Below, one piece after another: positions 58,641 to 64,000 of a stretch of 64,000 bases of DNA. The stretch is taken from positions 736,001 to 800,000 of the forward strand of contig OZ219918.1 in the NCBI GenBank assembly GCA_964291415.2, given 5' to 3'. How positions within the stretch are numbered: the first letter of the stretch is position 1; the number at the start of each line of letters is the position of its first letter. The notes under the pieces are model-generated. The model searched no databases. It saw only the letters and a list, made by a program, of their open reading frames with translations, and was not told the origin of the DNA. The position numbers were made by a program, and so were the translations under genes. The DNA comes from Alphaproteobacteria bacterium. Lineage in GTDB: Bacteria > Pseudomonadota > Alphaproteobacteria > SP197.

Positions 58641-61600
58641 ACGCCCTCATCAACGCAGCTCTCGACCGTCCCCGTACGGTCATGCTCACCCTCGTGCTGC
58701 TCCTGGTCGTCGGCGTGTCGGTCTACATCGCGATCCCGAAGGAGTCCGATCCCGACATCAACATCCCCATCATCTACGTGTCGATGCACCACGAGGGAAT
58801 CTCGCCCGATGATGCGGTCAGCCTTCTGATCAAGCCCATGGAACAGGAGCTCCGCGGCATCGAGCATGTCAGTGAAGTCAGATCGACGGCGTATGAGGGC
58901 GGCGCCAACGTCACTCTCGAATTCGAAGCGGGATTCGATCCCGACACCGCCCTGGAAGATGTCCGGTCCAGGGTCGACATCGCCAAGACCGACCTGCCTG
59001 ACGACACGGACGATCCCACCGTGCACGAGATCAACCTGTCGCTGTTCCCCGTGCTCGTCGTGAGTCTGTCGGGCAACGTGCCGGAACGGACCATGTTGCG
59101 TCTGGCCCGCACGCTCAAGGACAACATCGAGGGTGTCAGTGAGGTTCTCGAGGCCGTCATCAAGGGAGACCGAGAAGAGGTCATCGAGGTCATCGTCGAT
59201 CCTGTCGTCCTGGAGAGCTACCGGCTCAATGTCGTGGAGATCGCGCGGGACATCAGCCGGTCCAACCGACCGGTGGCCGTCGGTCTGATGGACACCGGCG
59301 CCGGACAGTTCGCGATCAAGGTCCCGGGGCTAATCGACGACGTGAATGACTTCCTGGGTCTGCCCCTCAAGATCGAGGGCGATGCGACCGCGAATGTCGG
59401 CGAAGTGGCAGAGGTCAGGCGGACGTTCAAGGATGCCCGGGTCCATGCACGGGTGAAGGGTGAGCCGGCACTGACCATCGAGGTGTCCAAGAGAACCGGC
59501 GAGAACATCATCGAGACCATAGAAAAGGTGAGGGCCGTCGTGGCGGCAACGAGCGCCGGCTGGCCGCCGAGCGTAAAGGTCGCCTTCTCGAGGGACGAAT
59601 CGAAGGGCATCCGGCTCATGCTGGCCGACTTGCAGAACAACGTGATGACAGCCGTGCTCCTCGTGATGGTCGTGATCGTGTGGTGTCTGGGCTGGCGATC
59701 GGCCGCCCTTGTCGGTGTCGCCATACCGGGGTCGTTCCTGACCGGAATCCTGGTTCTTGCGATTGCCGGCCTGACCCTCAACATCGTCGTGTTGTTCAGC
59801 CTCATACTTGCGGTCGGCATGCTCGTCGATGGTGCCATTGTCGTCACCGAGTATGCCGACAGGAAGATGTCCGAAGGCCTCGATCGCCGCGAGGCCTACT
59901 TTGCCGCCGCCTCCCGCATGGCCTGGCCGATCACCGCTTCCACCCTGACAACACTCGTGGCGTTCTTTCCCCTCATGTTCTGGACGGGAATGGTCGGCGA
60001 GTTCATGAAGTACCTGCCGATCACCCTGATCGCCGTTCTCTCCGCGTCGCTTGCCATGGCGCTCATCTTCGTGCCCACCCTGGGATCGTTGTTTGGCAAG
60101 AGCGCCGGGCATGACAGCGACCAGGCACGGGCCCTGTCGGAGGACTCTGGCGGCAGCCTCGATGGCGTGCGTGGCTTTACCGGTCTTTATCTCGGGATTC
60201 TGCGGGTCCTGCTGCGTCACCCGGTCAAGGTTCTCCTGGTCTCGGTCCTGTTGCTGGCCGGAGTGCAGGTTGCCTACGCCCGCTACGGCAACGGCGTCGA
60301 GTTCTTTCCCGATATCGAGCCTGAAAGGGCGGCGTTCCAGATTCATGCCAGGGGCAACCTCTCGACGGCGGAAAAGGACAGTCTGGTTCGCGAGGTCGAG
60401 GACGGGTTGCTCGACATGAACGAGTTCGAGACGATCTTTGCGGCATCGGGCGGCAGAGAGGACAACCGGGGGGCCGAAGACGTCATCGGAACGGTCAACG
60501 TGGAACTCGTCGACTGGTCGCTGAGACGTCCCGCGTCCGCCATTTTCGAGGAAGTCCTCGAGAGACTTGCAGGCCTTGCCGGCATCCATGTCGAATCGCG
60601 CGGGCAGAGGCGGGGCCCGCGATCTGCGAAACCGATCAAGATTCAGGTGTCGTCGAGCGACCCGGTGCTTCTGGAAGGAGCGGTTGCCACCCTGCGCGAC
60701 CATCTCGACGAGGTGGACGGACTGAGGGATATCGAGGACAGCCGCCCGATCCCCGGAATTCAGTGGGAGGTCGTTGTCGATCGCACCCAGGCGGCGAAGT
60801 TCGGGGCGGACGTCGGCTCGGTCGGCTCGATCATTCAGCTCGTGACCAGGGGGCTGCGCATCACCACGGTGCGTCTCGAAGATTCGAATGAAGAGATCGA
60901 TGTCCTGGCCCGGTTCCCGGAAGACATGCGCACCCTTGACGGACTTGACCAGCTCCGCGTCGAGACCCCTCTGGGACACGTGCCGATCAGGAACTTTGTG
61001 GAGCGTTCGGCCAGGCCAAGAGTTGGCAGAATTCAGCGGGTGGACGGCGAACGCGTCATGACCGTCGAGGCTGATATCAAGGAAGGAGTCCTGGCGGATT
61101 CCCTGGTGCGTGACCTGCAGGCATGGCTGGGCACGGTCGAGCTCGGACCCGGCGTCGAGGTCGAATTCCGGGGTGACAATGAACGCCAGGAAGAGGCATC
61201 CGAGTTCCTGCTCAAGGCCTTCATCGTCGCGATCTTCATGATGGCCATCATTCTCGTCACGCAGTTCAACAGTTTCTATTCGGCCTTCCTCATCCTGACT
61301 GCGGTGATCATGTCGACGGTCGGGGTCATGATCGGCCTCCTTGTGACCGGCAAGCCCTACGGCATGATCATGTCGAGCATCGGCGTCATTGCTCTCGCCG
61401 GCATTGTGGTCAACAACAACATCGTCCTCATCGACACCTTTGACAGGCTGCGCCGCACCATCGGTGATCCCGTTGAAGCCATCCTGCGGACCGGGGCGCA
61501 GCGCCTCAGACCAGTGCTCCTGACCATGGTCACGACCATTCTCGGACTCATGCCCATGGTGCTGCAGGTCAACATCGATTTCGTCACCCGGGAGGTCAGC

Positions 61601-61915
61601 GTGGGAGCGCCGTCGACCCAGTGGTGGGTCCAGCTGGCAAGCGCCATCGTGTTCGGCCTGGCATTCGCCACGGTCCTGACTCTGATTGTCACGCCATGCG
61701 CCCTGATGGTGCGCGAGAACGTTGGCAGCTGGCGCCAGGCCCGCAAGGCACGCCGTTCCGCCGCGCGGGTACGGCGCTGGAAGCCGCGGAATGATCCTCC
61801 CCGACAGGAACGGGTGATCGGTGGTCGCACGGCGTATCCTGTGGATCGCAGCGGCGGTTGTCGCTCTCGCGGCCATCTACACGGTTGCCTGGCACGGCCT
61901 TGCGCTCAGGCTTGA
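58637..61915 (+). CDS. RND efflux permease (AcrB/AcrD/AcrF family); true stop probably 61794
   Basis: IPKES.PDI, GMLVDGAIVV.E, G.FMKYLP, AGIVVNNNIVL.D, RLRPVLLT; read-through overlaps the next gene. Confidence 0.93.
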   Translation: MNALINAALDRPRTVMLTLVLLLVVGVSVYIAIPKESDPDINIPIIYVSMHHEGISPDDAVSLLIKPMEQELRGIEHVSEVRSTAYEGGANVTLEFEAGFDPDTALEDVRSRVDIAKTDLPDDTDDPTVHEINLSLFPVLVVSLSGNVPERTMLRLARTLKDNIEGVSEVLEAVIKGDREEVIEVIVDPVVLESYRLNVVEIARDISRSNRPVAVGLMDTGAGQFAIKVPGLIDDVNDFLGLPLKIEGDATANVGEVAEVRRTFKDARVHARVKGEPALTIEVSKRTGENIIETIEKVRAVVAATSAGWPPSVKVAFSRDESKGIRLMLADLQNNVMTAVLLVMVVIVWCLGWRSAALVGVAIPGSFLTGILVLAIAGLTLNIVVLFSLILAVGMLVDGAIVVTEYADRKMSEGLDRREAYFAAASRMAWPITASTLTTLVAFFPLMFWTGMVGEFMKYLPITLIAVLSASLAMALIFVPTLGSLFGKSAGHDSDQARALSEDSGGSLDGVRGFTGLYLGILRVLLRHPVKVLLVSVLLLAGVQVAYARYGNGVEFFPDIEPERAAFQIHARGNLSTAEKDSLVREVEDGLLDMNEFETIFAASGGREDNRGAEDVIGTVNVELVDWSLRRPASAIFEEVLERLAGLAGIHVESRGQRRGPRSAKPIKIQVSSSDPVLLEGAVATLRDHLDEVDGLRDIEDSRPIPGIQWEVVVDRTQAAKFGADVGSVGSIIQLVTRGLRITTVRLEDSNEEIDVLARFPEDMRTLDGLDQLRVETPLGHVPIRNFVERSARPRVGRIQRVDGERVMTVEADIKEGVLADSLVRDLQAWLGTVELGPGVEVEFRGDNERQEEASEFLLKAFIVAIFMMAIILVTQFNSFYSAFLILTAVIMSTVGVMIGLLVTGKPYGMIMSSIGVIALAGIVVNNNIVLIDTFDRLRRTIGDPVEAILRTGAQRLRPVLLTMVTTILGLMPMVLQVNIDFVTREVSVGAPSTQWWVQLASAIVFGLAFATVLTLIVTPCALMVRENVGSWRQARKARRSAARVRRWKPRNDPPRQERVIGGRTAYPVDRSGGCRSRGHLHGCLARPCAQA

Positions 61916-62832
61916 AGGGATCATGGACGAGGCCGCGGCCCCGTCTGCGGAGAAGGACTGGCACGCCTCCTGGGCACGGCTGGAAGCGGACGGCTTTCCC
62001 TTTGCCATGCGCATGACCGCCCGGCAGCCGAGCGTTGTCTGGGGACGCGGCGGCGAGCAGGCCACCTGGCAGGCGTCGGAACTCGTGATCATCACGAATC
62101 CGTTCAACCCGGCAGTCGTGTCGCTGGAACTGCCCCGCAGGCAGGATCTTGCCTTCGAGACACCGTCGCGCCGTCAGGTCGTCGGCGTGTCCATGGTTCA
62201 GGGCCGCGCTGCCATCGGGTTTGCATCCGGCGAGGTGGATGCCATCGATATCGGTCTCGAGGATGTGACCTTGATCTCCGGCAACGGGAACAGCTCTCGC
62301 CGCGGCCGGTACGCTGGATCTCGTCTCGGCTGCACGCAGCGACGGGGAGGGCAGGGATGTCTTCCTGGAGGTGACGGACCTGACGACCGGGGGCGGGCCC
62401 GCCGGGCGGGTGGAACGAGGCTTGGCGCGGATGCGCGTGGCGGGCGCCTTGCCGCTCCAGGGTACGGCGAGGGAACGAGTGGACGCCTGGAGGCGCGCCG
62501 GCGGTTACGTGGACCTGGAAGATCTCGTTCTCGAGCGGCCGCCGGTCGTGGCCCGGGGCCAGGGACGCGTCGCGCTCGACGGGGAGAACCGGCCCATCGG
62601 CGCCCTGCGCCTCGACATCGTCGGCTATCGCGAGATCATCACGGTTCTGGCGCAGTCGGGCAAGGTGCGTCAGGACCAGGCGGAGATCCTGTTGGCGGCA
62701 CTCGATTTCATGGCCGGCCCCCCGGTTGACGGCCAACGGCGTCTTGATGTCGACCTTTCAATGCAACACGGGCGGTTGACCATCGGTCCTTTCACCGTCA
62801 TGCGCCTTGCCCCGCTGTGGCCGCCGCCATGA
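61821..62832 (+). pseudogene. DUF2125-like protein, frameshifted near 62295 (pseudogene or sequencing error)
   Basis: N-half Y...W..LA...GFPF in one frame; C-half AWR.AGG.V.L....G.G.VALD...RP.G in another. Confidence 0.7.
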
Positions 62833-62848
62833 TGAGGGTCCGGGCGGT

Positions 62849-64000
62849 TCAGCCGCGTGCCGTGACGTCGAGGACGAGGCCGGGCAGCCGCGAGACATCA
62901 CCAAGGCAACGTCGCAAGCTTCGCTTCTGACGGGGTGCAAGCTGCGTCACGTCGATGCCCGGACCAGCGGCAGCACCGGCCTCGAGATCCCTGATCTGCT
63001 GCCTGATCATGAGGTCCAGAAAAACCTCGTGGGCTTCGGTGAATGCCAGCATGTCGGCCCTGGCGATCACGCCGAGTTCGGCCAGGGCTGCCAGGCGCAT
63101 GGCGGTGCCGGTCGCTTCTATGCCGTGACGCAAGGCCATGGCGCGGGCCCCTGCGACCAGTGGAAACAGACCACCGATCTTGAGATCGAGACGCCCATCC
63201 TTCGTCTTCAGAACACCCAGAAACCCGCGAGGCGAAACCCAGGTCTGCAACTGCTCCGCCATCATTCTCGGCAACACCGGAGTGCGGGCCGTTTCCAGTG
63301 CCCGACTGCGCAGCCGGTCGGTCAGCATGCGCTCGCCGTGCACGTGAACCAGATCGAAGAAGATGTCGACATTGAGCAGACTCGCGCCGTCGGCGCGTGC
63401 CGCCCAACCGGCGATGACCTTCTGCCAGCCGTCGATGGACCGTCGCCACTCGGGATTGGAGGCCATGACCCCGCCCTTGCAATAGGGCAGGCCGGCTGCG
63501 TCCAGCAGATCGCAGGCCCCTGTTGCGATGCGCTGGAGGACGGCGTCCTCCACCTCGCCGGTGCTGACGATGGCGTTGTCCTGATCGCCGGCGAGCAGGG
63601 ACTCGCCGCGTCCGGCGGATCCAAGAATGAAGAAGGCCCAGCCGTCTTCCGCCTCATCGGCCGCGGCGAGGCGGGCAGCGCGGGCCGTGAGCTTGCGATA
63701 GAAGCTCGAGATCATCGAGGCAATGCGCGAGGCGCTCATGCCCTCTTCGAGCAGCGCGCCGGCCATCGGCGCCAGCCGGCCATGAACCTCTGCCAGGTCC
63801 TGCGCGCCGGTGGCGGCATCGAGTGCATCGTTGATGGCAAGGGCCTCGCCCGCCTGGTGCCGGACCAGCAGCTTCGAGGTCATGATGCCGCACAGGGCGC
63901 CGGACGATTCCGTGACGGCGAGGTGGCGCAGGGACAGCCTCGTCATGCGGCCAAGGGCCACGTAGGCGGGCTCGTCAGCCATGACGGAGATGAGCGGCGT
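62849..64000 (-). CDS. CBS-domain / DUF294 nucleotidyltransferase-like protein (5' part outside window)
   Basis: LRHLAV CBS motif; LGSAGRGESLL..DQDNAI, G.PYCKGGVMASNP.W, DIFFD, DLK..GL.PLV..AR. Confidence 0.9.
   Translation of the reverse strand, partial: TPLISVMADEPAYVALGRMTRLSLRHLAVTESSGALCGIMTSKLLVRHQAGEALAINDALDAATGAQDLAEVHGRLAPMAGALLEEGMSASRIASMISSFYRKLTARAARLAAADEAEDGWAFFILGSAGRGESLLAGDQDNAIVSTGEVEDAVLQRIATGACDLLDAAGLPYCKGGVMASNPEWRRSIDGWQKVIAGWAARADGASLLNVDIFFDLVHVHGERMLTDRLRSRALETARTPVLPRMMAEQLQTWVSPRGFLGVLKTKDGRLDLKIGGLFPLVAGARAMALRHGIEATGTAMRLAALAELGVIARADMLAFTEAHEVFLDLMIRQQIRDLEAGAAAGPGIDVTQLAPRQKRSLRRCLGDVSRLPGLVLDVTARG

Noticed and set aside
1-64000. Many long antisense or alternate-frame ORFs (e.g. 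10998-13043 -, 25265-27610 +, 53049-55106 +, 59330-61876 -)
   Set aside because: Shadows of real genes in high-GC DNA; no motifs, and Arg/Pro/Gly-rich composition
1-64000. CRISPR array, tRNA/rRNA, integrase, transposase or prophage genes
   Set aside because: No regularly spaced repeats, cloverleaf/rRNA signatures or recombinase motifs seen by eye

Overview
GC-rich chromosomal window, most likely from an alphaproteobacterium (Rhodospirillales-like gene orders, SAM-alpha riboswitch, Irr regulator) and possibly host-associated, given a fossil of an autotransporter type I associate with sponge-symbiont genomes. Left part: a decaying cysD/cysNC locus, HDAC-xseB-ispA-tlyA with no dxs, a small XRE/PhyH/M24 catabolic operon, the intact rimP-nusA-ylxR-infB-rbfA-truB-rpsO-pnp operon, and an irr-rubrerythrin-FeS oxidoreductase-DUF3501 locus with an ICE-like box. 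At 25.4-28.7 kb a tandem (double) AAA+ ATPase is followed by a DriD-like HTH-WYL regulator. The promoter in front of the ATPase carries a DriD-like palindrome placed 10 bp before a -10 hexamer, so this is a candidate ssDNA-triggered ATPase module and the best 'new system' candidate here. From about 30 to 57.5 kb lies a betaine/(hydroxy)proline-betaine utilisation region: ABC transporters, Rieske oxygenase, HpbD-like epimerase, DapA-like enzyme, ProVWX, non-pyrrolysine MttB, Ser/Cys proline-racemase homologue, MocD/MocE-like pair, homocysteine methyltransferase, and SAM-riboswitch-metZ. Several intergenic gaps hold deletion-eroded gene fossils. The right end has an RND pump, a frameshifted DUF2125 gene and a partial CBS/DUF294 gene. 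No rRNA, tRNA, CRISPR array, integrase or transposase was seen. All family assignments come from motif recognition by eye; no searches were run.
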